From: Prasinococcaceae sp. CCMP 1430
Taxonomy: Eukaryota; Plantae; Prasinodermophyta
DNA: 56,306 bases
Direction of reading: 5' to 3'
Assembly (NCBI GenBank): GCA_013416795.1
Contig: RQSC01001015.1
Span: 41,075 to 97,380 of the forward strand
The stretch's first letter is position 1. Each line of letters starts with the position of its first letter. The position numbers and the translations under genes were made by a program. Under the pieces are notes generated by a model. The model saw only the letters and a list, made by a program, of their open reading frames with translations. It was not told where the DNA came from and did no database searches. Below are positions 1 to 14,350 of this stretch, piece by piece.

Positions 1-342
1 CGGCGGCGCTTCGCGCGCGGCGGCGGCAGCAGCTCGTGCGGGCTGCGCATGCCGCGCGCGCGTGCAGCAGCAGCAGGCAGCAGCGGCAGCGGCAGCAGCA
101 GCAGCAGCGGTGTGGCAAGCACCAATCACGCGCATGCGTGCTCGCCCAAGCGCACGCTGACACGCACGGAGGGCCACACGGTCACACGGTCACACGCGCA
201 CGCGCACGCGCCTGCGGGCGCTGTCGCCGGCCGGTTCGCGCGCCCGTTCGCACCCTGCGCGCTCGCGCCGAACGGGCGCGCCAGCGGCCGCGCGCGTGCC
301 CGAATTCGCGGCATCGAATTGGACACTTGGAATTACCTATGA

Positions 343-352
343 TGTAATGTAA
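343..352 (+). terminator. Tandem TGTAA poly(A) signals ending a plus-strand transcript that enters from the left
   Basis: TGTAATGTAA in an AT-rich patch. TGTAA also follows stops at 9186, 24163 and 55296 (plus) and 3199-3208 (minus). UGUAA is the established chlorophyte poly(A) signal. Confidence 0.6.
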
Positions 353-528
353 TCAATTAATATATTTTACGGATGAAAAGTGAAAGAACACTTCTCCGTG
401 AATTACCAGGAAGGTCTCTGGTCAGTCTACTGTACTGTAGCAACATAGTGTACATGCGCGGTCCGTCGAGCCCCCTGCCGAGCGAGCGCGGAGCGTCACA
501 GAGCGCGGGGCGGACGGGGCCACGGGCA

Positions 529-1649
529 CTACCTAGGTAGCCGGGCGCTCTCTTCGGCATTCTCGCCTCCGTCGCCGTACCCGTCCTCATCCGCGGGCGG
601 CTCGAGCAGCGCGCCAACAGCAAGTGCGGACCAGCCGCCCATCATGGCCAGGCCGCCGAACGGCGTCAGATACTGGAACGCGGAGGCACCTGAGAGCACG
701 TATGCCTGCGATCGCTCGCGACGGAAGAAGCACCGCGTGGTCGCGCTCGTCAGCATGCCGCTGCGCATCGGTCGGCGGGAGAGGTGTAGAGGCGCTCTTC
801 GCCGAGGCGCTTAGGCCGTGCGCACGAGGCGAATGGCGAGCTCCGCGCACGACGCAACGACTTGGGGAGCGTACGCACTGAGACGAGCTGGCGCGCGCAC
901 CTGAATTGACCACGAGAACATCGGCACGCCGGCGGTGAGCGCGCCGAGCGCCGTACGCTTCCGCGGAGTGCTTTCTGGTAGGGCTGCGACCGCGGCAATA
1001 GCGGCGGACGTCACCAGGGAATACTGCACGCCTATCTCCCAGATCTTCTGCCACCTCTCGAGGTCCGTGCGGCCGCGCGCCGATAGCATGCGCCGGAGGC
1101 CTGCACCAGCGCCCGCTCGTCAGTCGCCGCGAGGTGGGGGCATGGGTGAGCGGGGCAGCGAGCGAGCGCGACGCGCCTCCGCCGGCGAGGGCGCTGGACG
1201 CACCGTGGAAGCCGAACGCGCCCGATCCAACGCCTACGGCGCCCGCGAGGCCCGCGAAGCCCAGCGCGAGCCGCGTCGCGCGCGCATCGCTGACTGCTGC
1301 GCGTGACTCGGCCGCGTAGCACGCGCCCGCCGAGACGGCGGCGAAGGCCGCCGCGCCTGCGACCTGTGCGACTGGGCCCGCGCGTGACTGCGCGCAGCCG
1401 TTGTACGCGTCAACACGGAGGACGCGACGGAAGCGAGCAAGGGTGCGGCGGGTGTCAGACGCATCGCGCGCGCTCCCCCCCCCTCGCGCAGCTCGCTCGC
1501 GAGCCCCCCCACCCGCCTGCTCACCAGGCACCCGGCTGGCCCCTCACGCCCGCCCGCGCTCGCACCAGCATTCACGCGCCGGCCCGCCCGCGTGCGCGCG
1601 CGCGCGCACCATGAACTTGTTCGTCGCCGGGGCCGCCATCGCCCCTCCG
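529..1649 (-). CDS. TMEM256/DUF423-family small membrane protein, spliced, with N-terminal extension
   Basis: Spliced product reads GAFGFH-G-LRRML...WEIGVQYSL...GVPMFSWSIQ-AYVLSG...LTPFGGLAMMGGW. Introns 1101-1203 and 706-900 are GT-AG and in phase. Start ATG 1649 and the first intron's acceptor are less certain. Confidence 0.75.
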
Positions 1650-2159
1650 CGGCCCCCTCCCTCCTCCTTTCGCCGCTCGCCCGCCGCGCGCGGTGTGCCC
1701 CCACCCCACCCCCACCCCACACCCCGCCCCCACACCAGCCGCCCCCGCCCGCCGGCCCACGCACGGCGCGCGTGGCGCACCGCCAGCGCACCGCCAGACA
1801 GTAGGTTACTGTAAACCACAAAAGTCCTTTTTTTTTCAAGAAGGAGCATTCGGCGTCTGTTGACCACCTCGGCATTGTTGTGCCCGTTAGGGACAGTGCG
1901 TCCTTTTGGCATGCAATTTGACGTGGGGTTTTTGTTGCGTTTTCAAACCCGCGCGGGGGCGCGCGCGCGGGGCCGCGGGCGCGCGGCCACAGCCACAGCG
2001 GCGAAGAGGCGGCGACGCCCATGCCGCCCATGCCCGGCATGCCGCCGCCCATGCCACCGAAAGGCCCCCCCTTCGCCCCTCCAGTCGCAGCGTGGCGTGC
2101 GCTCGCGAGTGCGCTCGCTGCCAGGCTCGAAACCTCGTTCTGGGCGCTGCCCGCGCGCG

Positions 2160-2976
2160 ATGGATGCGGGCGCTGGAGGCGCCGGCGGCACGGCTGGCGC
2201 AGGGGGCGCGGACGGCGCGGCGGCGGGCGCGGTGGCGGCACCGGGTGGCTCGGACGTGGTGCAGCTCGACGTCGGCGGCGTGGCATACCGCACGACGCGC
2301 GCCACGCTATGCACGGACGCGTGCTCGATGCTCACGGCGATGTTCGAGCGGCGCTCCCAGCCCGCGGGCGAGGGGGCGACGGTCTTCATCGACCGCGACG
2401 GCGCGCGATTCCGCCATGTGCTGAACTGGCTGCGCAACGGCACTGTGCACTGCGGGGGCGACGCGCAGGCGCTCGGCGAGCTCCTTGAAGAGGCCGAATG
2501 TGAGTGTCGGAAGCGCTTCGCGAGCGGCGCGAACCTGCAAGAGCGAGTCTGCGCCACGGAGTGCTGACGCGCCCCCGCGCTGGACAGATTTCGCGCTGCA
2601 GGGCCTGGCGGACACCGTGCGCGAGCAGCTGCGAGTGCTCGAAGAGGAGTACGAGCACGAGCAGCTGCGATATCAGGAGCAGCAGCAGCAGCAACAGCAG
2701 CTTCTACAGTCGCACGAGACTGCAGTGGCCATGATGACCCCGATGGGAGCACGCACGCCGCAGTCGCTCAGTCTGCCGGAGTCGCTCGCGCAGGCCCTCT
2801 CCGCCGCGGGCCCGCAGACGCCAATGCACCAGCGCGCGATGCGAGCGGCAGTTGACGCCTACAACTCTGTGGCAACGGGAGGGTCGCTCGCCGACGAGGA
2901 TGTGCTCTCGCCGACCGGGAAGAGACCGCTCACGCTGACGCCCACGGCGTTCTCGCGCGGCGGAATGGACTTCTGA
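2160..2976 (+). CDS. KCTD-type BTB/POZ domain protein
   Basis: VQLDVGG..YRTTRATL..SMLTAMF..VFIDRDGARFRHVLNWLRNG. An intron at about 2500-2588 restores EEAEYFALQGL. Poly-Q region follows. Confidence 0.85.
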
Positions 2977-2978
2977 TG

Positions 2979-2981
<3 letters not shown>

Positions 2982-3032
<51 letters not shown>
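2982..3032 (+). repeat. C51 homopolymer
   Basis: Directly visible just after the BTB stop codon. Confidence 0.9.
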
Positions 3033-3217
3033 AGGTGAGAAGGAGGAGCGCGCCCGCACCCTCCTTCCCCCCCCCAACCCCCCAACCCCCGCCTTTGCCC
3101 GACCCCCACTGATATTCTTTCACGAGCGCCAACCGTGGGCGTGCCAGCGCCACTTGTGTCCATACTAGCGTGGCGAGTGAGTCTGTACTACACATACATT
3201 ACATTACAAAGACGCGC

Positions 3218-6200
3218 TCATGCTCGTGCCCGCTTGCGCGTGCCGTCTGCGGCCTCCTCGCGTCGGGCGCGCTTTGCGGCCTTTCTCGCGGCCTTTCTCG
3301 CGGCCTTGCTGCCTCCCTTGTTGTTCGCGCCCTCGGCGCCCGTCTCCGCTCGTTTGGCGCCTTTCTTTGCAGCCTTCCTCGCCGCCTTGGCGGTCTTCCT
3401 TTCCTCTTTGCTCGCCTTGCGGCAGGCGTACAGCGCACAGCTGTTGGCGCCACCGGTGCCGCGAGCGCGGGGGTGAAGGCCCGCCTGTGGCACACGTTTG
3501 ACCTCAAAGCCAGCCTCGGCAAGAGTGGCACTGAAAAAGCGGTCCTCGCTCAGCGGGTGGTGCACCGGATAGCGCTGCATGTTCGCCAACAAAACCAGCG
3601 TGTGGCGCCCAGACAAGTGCGAGATAGTCTGTACCAAGTCGCGCCTGCAAATGGACGATGCACACGCGGTGCGCGCGAGGGTACGACAATCACATGATGA
3701 TGTCAGCCGCCGCCACAACAGCGGCGCACGCTTGAAAGTTCGCACACTTTGCGGGTGTGAGCACGCGCGCACATGCACGAAAACCCGCACCAACGCACGC
3801 ACACAACACACGTACCACTTGCTCTCATCATTGCCATACACCACATCCGACGCTAGGAGCAGGTCGGGCTTCCTCTCCAGCTCAATGGCCGCAAGCGGGC
3901 GAGCATCGCCCCATCGAAGCTCACGCACAGAGACCGCCTCTATGTCGTCGTCTGCTCGTGAGTTCGCGCGCGCGTTGCGGCGCAGGAAGCTGAGCGTATC
4001 AGCGTCGCCATCGGTGGCGACCATGCGAACGCCCAGCCGCCTCGCGGCGACGATGGAGGGGAGCCCAAGACCCGCACCGAGCTCGACGCCGATGCGGTCT
4101 GCCCACGAAAAGTCCTCGCACGCCCAACCGCCCTTCCGGGGAAGCACCGAGCGCAGCACCGCCGCGCCCTCCTCAATCTGTACGAGTGCAAGCGGCGCGC
4201 GCGGTGGACGCACGCGCAACTAGGTCGTCAGCCGCGCGCGCGCCACCATGGGTGTGGATGCAGACGGCGCGCGCGGGCGTGTGCACGCACCTCCTTTCCA
4301 CCACCCAAGCAGGCACCCACACGCGCGAGCCACTCGGCCAAAAAGTACGACCCTTGCCAGAGTGCCACGCCTGTGTTTGATCGACCCGTACCACCGCAGC
4401 TGTCGTCCACGCGATCCTCGCCTTCGCCGCCCGCGCGTGGCACCGCTGCCGCCAGCTTGACGTCGAACGCATCACCGCACGCGCAGCCATGCGCGCGCGA
4501 GGGCGTCTCCTCAATAGCGGGAAAGTCGTACGAAAGCGTGCGCTCGGCGCTCGCCAGCCCCGCCAGACGCGCGCATTCGCCGCCCGCGCGCTCGTACGCA
4601 GTGAGCAGCTTCAGGAGTTCCTGCGAGTTGAAGCGATCGAATGCGTCGGCGGCGGCCTCGCCGAGCGCCGGCAGCAGCCGCGAGAGCGCGTCGGACGCGC
4701 ACGCCTCCGCCTGCGGCCGCAGCGAACCCAGCGCCCACGCTAGGTCCGACAGGTCACGCGTGGAGGGCATCCGCACTTGCGACTGCTCGCACGCGAGCAA
4801 ATCGGCGAGCGCACACACGAGCGCGCGCACGGCGGACTCCTCGCGGTGCGCAGCAGTGGCGAGCGACCACAAGAGCGTCACCGCGTGTCGTAGTGTCAGC
4901 GTGGACGAAGCTGCGCGACGGGTGGCCTCGACTGCGAGAGGGGCCACCAATCTCTTCGGCGCTCTCTCCCCGCGCAGCTTGGCCACCGCCCACGTCAGAT
5001 TCACCAGGTCCACCGTGTCGGCGCGCGAGAGCACGCCCTCGCCCTCGCCAACACACCCGGCAGCGCCTGCGTCGGCGCCAAGCGCTGTAATGAGCGCATC
5101 AATGAGGCTCGGATGAGCCAGCCCAAGCTTTGCCGCCGCTGACGCGACCATCGAGAGCTGCTGTGCGCTGTATGGAGCCTCGCGCCCGCCAGAAGGAGTG
5201 CACATACCCTCAGCGCACTGGTCAAAGACAGCCATTGTGTCCGGAGAGGCTGCGTCGGCCCCCGATGCGCCCAGGGCGTAGGCGCACATGCACGCCTCCT
5301 GGGCGTTGAATTGCCTGCGCTGCGCGCACGAGCCCACCGCACGCAGCAAGCCACCCAGAGCACAGCCCAGCTTCGCGCAACCCCACACGCAGCTCGCAAG
5401 CTGCCGAGGCGGGAAGACGATTGCACGTCCACGCGCCGCGTCCGAATGCTCGTTGGATGTGCCGGCAGTCGCCTCGGACGCGTGCCCGGCGAGCGCGCGG
5501 GCGTCCGCAGCGAAGGGAGCGTCCGCGCCGCCGGGATTCGCGGAGGCATACGCGTCGACGAGCCTTCCAAAGGCCCACAGTGTGTTGGCGACCTCCTGTG
5601 GGTTGAGCTCCGCTCGGCGCGCTCGCACGCACGTGGCGAGCGCGCGGGCGGCCGGCAACGCGCTGTCGCGCACGCTCCTCTCAGCGGCGGCGATCGTGCC
5701 GAGCGCCCACGCGACGTTGGAGAGCGCCTGCGGTGCCCATGCTTCGCTCTCTCTCGCACGCGCATCAGTCCCTATGCGACGCAGCGACGCCTCCGCTGCG
5801 TTGGCGAGCGCGTCGATGGCCGCCCCGGTGTCTTCTCCTCCCTCCACGACGCGCCCCGACTTGGCGACGGCCCACAGTGCGTTGCTGAGCTCCTGTGGCC
5901 GAAAGTGCGCCCCGAGCGACGCCTCGCGCGCGAGCACGCCTTCTGCCGCCGCCTGTGCGGGAGCGAGACGCGCCCTCAGGCACGCGCCGCGGGCACCGGG
6001 CGCCGCGCCGAGCTTTGCGCAAGCCCACAGGATGCCCGACACCTGGCGTGGAGCGGGCAGCTCGGCAGAGAAGGCGGCGGACGCCCGAGACGCGAGCGCA
6101 TCGAGGGCGTCATCGCTGCCGTCGCCGCCGCCGCCGCGCTCCTGTGCGAGCCTCGCGAGTCTTTGAAGCGTCGTGCAAACGTTCACAGCATTGAATCGCG

Positions 6201-6384
6201 CGACGTCGACGCTGACGACCGCGAGGAGCTCGGCCGCCCCGCGCGCTCCGGTCAGGCGCTTGTTGATCGCCACGTTGCCGCCGCCGCCCCCAACGCCGCC
6301 TCCGCGCGCGGCGGCCGCCGCCGCTTCCGCTTCCGCCGCCCGCCGAACCCCTTCATTCCTCGCCCCCCGCTTTTTTTTTTTCCC
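3218..6384 (-). CDS. OPR (octotricopeptide)-repeat protein fused to a METTL21/MTF16-type lysine methyltransferase; 5' end cut at N 6385
   Basis: About 12 repeats of the PQxLSNxxWAxAKLG type, then TGVALWQGSYFLAEWL, VELGAGLGLP, MVATDGD, LRWG and LLASDVVY. Introns 4220-4290 and about 3645-3815 keep the frame. Lys/Arg/Ala-rich tail. Confidence 0.8.
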
Positions 6385-6385
6385 N

Positions 6386-9055
<2,670 letters not shown>

Positions 9056-9267
9056 GGGGAACAGCCGCGGCAGAGGCCCGGCACGCACGTGCACAGCGCG
9101 CCGCAAAGCACACGCACGCGATAGCGGCACGCGCCATCATGCCACTTTGGCGTCGTGGGAGCATCCCCTGGAGCTCGCACCGCTGTGTAATAATAGCCAG
9201 TTCATACAATGGTACATGATGTCACAGTGTCGGTGAATCCAAGGGCAGCATGGACAGGCCGTGCGTA

Positions 9268-11481
9268 CTACCGCGCAGGTACGCGCCCGACTGCCTCCTC
9301 GTATATGCCGCGCACGATAGCGGCCTGCGCCTCGGCTTGCTCGCGCGCTGCCTGCGTCTCGACTGCCACGCGCTGGGCGGCCAACGCGTACGCTTTGCTG
9401 CCACCTGGCGACGCAGCCTTCGCCTTCAGCTCGATCGCGCGCTTGGCCAGGCTAGCCACCTTGATCTTGAGCTGATCAAGGCGCAGTGCCGCTTTGCGCT
9501 CCGTTGGTGTGAGCACGCCCGCCGCGTCGACGCGCTCGCGCACGCGTGAGGCCGCTTCAGCCGCATGTGCGGCCAACCGTGCTCGCACTTGCTTCGCGCA
9601 GACCACCTCGGGCACCGCAGCGAAGTCGTCCTCTTCGATCGGCACTGCACGGTCGTCGGGCTGCACTACGAGCGCCGATCCGGGCGGCAGCACGTAACCG
9701 TCGGCCCCCGTGCAGGCGCAGCCGCGCTCTACCTCGCTCCTGTCACACGATGCGTGGTAGGGCAGCGCGCATGGACCGCGCGCCCCGCGCGAGAGCAATG
9801 CGCAAGCCGCCTCGCCCACACCGCCCAGCACGCAGCCGCGCCAGTAGAGTCCATGAAGCAGAGCAGGACTCAGCCCGCCCTCGGACATGCAAGCCGCGTT
9901 CACTTCCTCGCCGCGACTGACGAGCAGTAGCGCGTCGACGCCCTCGATCTCGAGCAGCTCCTCGTCGAGTATCGGCCACGCGCGCGTGTGCCACTCACAT
10001 GCCCCATCCGCCACCCCAGCCGCTGCTGCCGCGCAGAGGGCCGCCAGCGCGTCCTCGCACGGCGCCAAAGCGTGGCTGTCGGGCACACACTCGCCGCCTC
10101 CGTAGCGGTCGCAGAAGAGTACCACGCCGCGCATGTGCGCGCGCGTCTGTAGCGAACGCGCTCGCAGCGCCGCGCCCACTGCCTTGCCGGCGAGCGCACC
10201 GCCACCGCTCGAGGCGACGACGGCGTTCAACGGCGCGAGGCAGCTCACCAGCCGCGGGCGAATCTGGTTTGGTCCTGGGACGAGCTCCGAGATGTCTATG
10301 CGCACAATGAGGTCTCCCGGCGCTGGTTTGGCGCTCGTGCGGTCGGGCATACCCGCCCCGTGTACAGCCACCTCGAGCGTGCCCAGCCCTGCAGCGGCGG
10401 CGGGCAGCAGCTCCGCCAGCACAGGACGGTGCACGCCGTCCAGGTGCCAGACGCACTCCCCAAAGAGCACGTCCCCGCGCTTGACCTTGCCTGCGTCGTA
10501 CAGGATGTCGCGCGGGCTGTAATGGCCGCGCGTATCCATGAAGAAGTAGTCGCTGGGCTCGCGTCGCACCTTGAGTACGAAAACGAGGTCTCCTGGCAGG
10601 GTGGTTGGGGACTCATCGCCGGCGTTGGGGAAGACGAATCGCGCGCCGGGGAGCGTGCCAGCAGTGACGACGATTGAGTACGTCTTCGTTTGCTCGACGA
10701 ATCCGCCCTTCGCGTCGAAGATTCGGCGCGTGTGCCGCACGGGCTCCACTACGCCGTGATAGCAGTGGAAGAGACTCACGCTGAATTCCACCTCGGTGGG
10801 CTGCGCGCGCACGCGCCCGCCATATTCGCGCGCCGGTGGCGCTCGGGGCGTCGCTCCATGCGTGCGTCCGCTCTGGCCGTCGAGAAAGTCGTCGTACGCG
10901 CGCCGCGTGGGCTCATCCACGAGCACGTCGAAGGCCTCGCATAGTCGCTCAAATATACGTTCAGCCTCTGCGCGCTCAGCATTGCTCTTTTTTGCCTGTT
11001 TGTCGGGGTGGTAGAGCAGCGCGAGCCTGCGGTACGCGCGCGTCACCTCCTTGGCGCTGCACGCACGATCGAGGCCGAGGGTCGAGTAGTAGTCCTTGGA
11101 CTTGTCAAAGGCCTCGACAGCATCATCGTCTGGCTTGGCATCTGGCGACGGTGGCTGCCAGTTGGCGGGCTCGCGCGCGCGCCTGTCGCGCAAGCGCTGC
11201 GCCTGCGCGTAGGCGCGCGCGTCGACGCCGAACGTGGTTCGTGCACACTCAGTTGCACGTATGCGTGCGATCGCCTCGCGCACGCGCTCTCTCGATCGCG
11301 GCGAGAGCGCCGGCGGCGGCGGGCCGCGCTCTCGCTCGGCGGTCGCCTGAGCCGCACGCCGCCGCTCTTCGGCGTCAAACTCGACGAGCGCCGCTTCCGA
11401 GCGCGCCGCCTGGCCACCGCCCACCCGGGCAAAGTACGCCGCGCGCTCGCGCACGCCCCCCGACGGCCCATGTCGCCTCAT
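9268..11481 (-). CDS. J-domain protein with DnaJ C-terminal domain (DNAJB-like) and an extra C-terminal alpha/beta domain
   Basis: DYYSTLGL..AYRRLALLYHPDK..AFDVL; VSLFHCYHG..GDESPTTLPGDLVFVL; about 300 further residues. Confidence 0.8.
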   Translation of the reverse strand: MRRHGPSGGVRERAAYFARVGGGQAARSEAALVEFDAEERRRAAQATAERERGPPPPALSPRSRERVREAIARIRATECARTTFGVDARAYAQAQRLRDRRAREPANWQPPSPDAKPDDDAVEAFDKSKDYYSTLGLDRACSAKEVTRAYRRLALLYHPDKQAKKSNAERAEAERIFERLCEAFDVLVDEPTRRAYDDFLDGQSGRTHGATPRAPPAREYGGRVRAQPTEVEFSVSLFHCYHGVVEPVRHTRRIFDAKGGFVEQTKTYSIVVTAGTLPGARFVFPNAGDESPTTLPGDLVFVLKVRREPSDYFFMDTRGHYSPRDILYDAGKVKRGDVLFGECVWHLDGVHRPVLAELLPAAAAGLGTLEVAVHGAGMPDRTSAKPAPGDLIVRIDISELVPGPNQIRPRLVSCLAPLNAVVASSGGGALAGKAVGAALRARSLQTRAHMRGVVLFCDRYGGGECVPDSHALAPCEDALAALCAAAAAGVADGACEWHTRAWPILDEELLEIEGVDALLLVSRGEEVNAACMSEGGLSPALLHGLYWRGCVLGGVGEAACALLSRGARGPCALPYHASCDRSEVERGCACTGADGYVLPPGSALVVQPDDRAVPIEEDDFAAVPEVVCAKQVRARLAAHAAEAASRVRERVDAAGVLTPTERKAALRLDQLKIKVASLAKRAIELKAKAASPGGSKAYALAAQRVAVETQAAREQAEAQAAIVRGIYEEAVGRVPAR

Positions 11482-11853
11482 GCGACACCGGCGCGCGCAC
11501 AATGGCACGCCTGCGCGCTCACTCGCAACAGGCAGGCCCTCGCGCCCGCCCATATTCCCGACGCACCCAGCCTCGCCCGGGCCCTCACACGGTCACACCC
11601 GCGCGCCCACCGGCGCCTGCGCTTGGCGCACCCGTTCGCGTTCCCCCGGCAATTCCGTTCGAAGAAGTGCATTGGGATGCAAAACCGTTACGCAAGCTTT
11701 GGCAAGGGTTTGGTTTTAACATATTTAAGGTTTTATTGTCGTTGCAGGGTTTATAGTCACTATGGCGCTACATGCAGCCCACGTACTGTAGTACCATACG
11801 AGACGACTGTAGTATGTACAGTACGCAAGCAGGAACGTCGCGCCGACCTGAGC

Positions 11854-13719
11854 TCACAGCGAGCGTTCGAGCACGTCCCTGGCGCCGGGGTCGAGCGCCG
11901 GCGACACGAGGGGCGGCGCGCAGAAGTAGCTCGGGTAGAGCTCCTGGCTGATCCATTCGTAGAGCATCTGGGCCGCCGCGTAGCAAGCGCGTGGCGTCGA
12001 AAGAGGACATGGGGTGGAAGGGGTCGGATGTGTCAGCGCACGCAGACGCTACCACTTCGCGGTCTACTACGGGCGCACCACGGATGGTGCCGTGCGCGCA
12101 CTCACCAGGTCGTACATGTTATCCGCCTCGAGCATCGCGCGTAGCTCCGGCACTTCCAGTATGCGGAACTCAATACTGCTCTCGTGGCTCCCCGAATCCA
12201 GCCGGAAGTCGGGGTGCATCGACGCGCCTGCATTGCCGCCGAGCAGCGCGAACACCCGCTCGGCGTCGCACTTTAGACGCTCGAGAGGGATCAGGGCGTT
12301 GAAAGACGCCGCGGCTTGCTTTGCCAGCAGGAAGTCCTCATAGGTGACTCGTCGATGATAGTCTATTCCGCACCCAAAATCGCCAGGGTTGTGATCGAGA
12401 AGGTGACCGCTGGGTTTTCTGTCTGCTACCTCTTGCATGTTGCAGGAGCAATTCTGTGAGAGCAGCCTTACAAGGTGGTTGTCGATGTAGCACTTTGGTT
12501 TCATTGTCCCAGCCCGTCCTAAACCGCGTTGCTGCTGACCTGCGGCTGTCATGTCTCTGTCCCGCATTTGCTCGCAACTCTCCTTTTGGTCCCACGTGTT
12601 GTTCATCCACGAGTGAAGGTCACGCACGGCCGCCTCGAGCTCCTCGTCGCTAACACGCTCACGCGGTCTCGGGCTGAGTTTGCCACTGACGGGCTGGATG
12701 TATCGGCTGATACCGCCCATGCCCGTGCACTTGTCGCCTGGCGGGCATGGTCCGCCCAGCGGGGGTGGGTTCTGAGCGAAGAGCTGCCACAGGTTGTCGA
12801 GGTTGGCGATAGATTGGCTCCAAGACATCTCGCTCTGCCAACGGAACAGTGGATGCCGCACGACAGCAACAAAGGTCGAACGATGTGCCACGGCCTCGTC
12901 ATGCATGCACATAACTGGGGCGGCGAAAAACTCGGTGGCGAGCGTGAGCGCTGAGGTGTTCGCGAGCAGCGATTGCGACCGATTGCAGTAGTCCATTCGT
13001 CTGCCTGGCAAGCCTGTATTTTTGACGCCACGTATGCCAAAAGTGTGACCTTCGGAGGGCACGCCAATGCAGCCCTTGACGAGGTCACCACCTGCCTTGC
13101 GCTCGTGCATCCAGTATATTAATGGTCGCTCGGCCTCGTTCGCAGGATGGGCACCGGCGCCGCCGCTCCAAGCGCCGTTGGCCCCACTGGCACTGTCGGC
13201 GGCGCGCACTGCCGCCGCACCGGTGGCCTTGTCGCGCGCAGCGCTCGGCCAGCCGCCCACCTCGCCAGAAAGCAGTGCGCCCCCGCGGTGCGCACCACAC
13301 TCGAAGTGCCGAGGCTCGCGCACCACAGGCACAATCCCTTCGTCGGTCTCCGCTCTGGCCTCCGAATCGCCTCTGCCCTCCCCACTCGCAGACAGGTAGT
13401 TGCCTCGAGCGTGCACCGAGGTAAGGCTGTCGAGCATCGCAGAGCAGTCCCCTTCCTCGGGCCACCAGTCGCTGGCGGTCACACCACCATTTCGCTCTTC
13501 TCGCTGCTGCATTATTCTGCCACCGGCGACGGCCTCGTCTCGACCCACGTGGTCCAAAGACACCTTGCCCTCGAGCCGCACCTCCATTTGCCGCAGGCTC
13601 GACTTCGAAGGCCGCGCGCCATCAACACCCTCAGCCGGCGCGATCAGACCAAGCACCGCGAGTGCCGCGAGCAGGGGGAGGGCGAGGGAGCGAGGTGCGG
13701 CGGCCTCGACGGAGGGCAT
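11854..13719 (-). CDS. Secretory/Golgi sulfotransferase-like protein (Sulfotransfer_2 type)
   Basis: Hydrophobic N-terminus (LALPLLAALAVLGLIA), 5'-PSB-like YWMHERKAGG, 3'-PB-like VAVVRHPLFRWQS, YIDNHLVRLL. An intron at about 11968-12106 gives DNMYDL-MLYEW. Confidence 0.65.
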
Positions 13720-13893
13720 CGCGCGGCCGCGCGCCCCGACGCCGCCCCCGGCGCACGCCGCGTCATCCCCAGCCGGCGGGCGCATCCTGCGGCCGGCCGT
13801 GGCTCTCGACCTCCCACGTGCCGCGCCCCGCCGGTACGAACAACAACAGCCAACAGCCCCCGCCCGCCGCGTCCGCCGCGTCCGCCGCGTCCN

Positions 13894-14350
13894 AGGGGTC
13901 GAAGCGCGCCAGCCACCACGCGCCCACGAGCGGGCGCATGTGGGGCGCGAGGCCCCTCCCCGCGCCGCGGACGAGCACGCCGAGCGCACGGGCCGCCGCT
14001 GCCCGCACCTTCTTGCTCGCGTCGAGCGCGAGGCGGTTGTACGCGTAGGTCCACGCGGGCAGCAGCGCGGCAGCATCGACGGTGGCGGTCCCCTCACCAC
14101 CTTCCGCGCGCGCCACAAGCGCTGCGAGTGCCTTGAGCTTCGTCGTCTCATCGCGCTTAGTGAGGCGGCGCAGTGCGGCAGCGCACTCCGGATCCACCTC
14201 GCCGCCGACGAGCCGCGCGTCCAGGCCCCCCGCGCCGCCAGTGTCGCTGCCCGCGTCACCCCCGGCTCCTCCAGGGGCTTCCGACGCCGCTCCCACTCGC
14301 TGCGACCCGACGAAGCCGCCGAAGCCCACCGAGGCCACTGCGCTGCCGCC
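13894..14350 (-). CDS. LTN1: Listerin (LTN1) E3 ligase, N-terminal fragment only
   Basis: GFGGFVG..LRRLTKRDETTKLKAL..LPAWTYAYNRLALDASKKVR..LAPHMRPLVGAWWLARFDP matches the LTN1 N-terminal domain. No start codon; cut at N 13893. Confidence 0.75.

Noticed and set aside
1-347. ORFs 36-347 and 49-342 as named genes
   Set aside because: Low-complexity CAG/GC repeats with no domain; could be a last exon or a 3' UTR.
12067-14259. 730-aa ORF suggesting a long N-terminal extension or listerin-sulfotransferase fusion
   Set aside because: It crosses N 13893. The listerin homology is in another frame, and the sulfotransferase has its own ATG and signal sequence at 13719.
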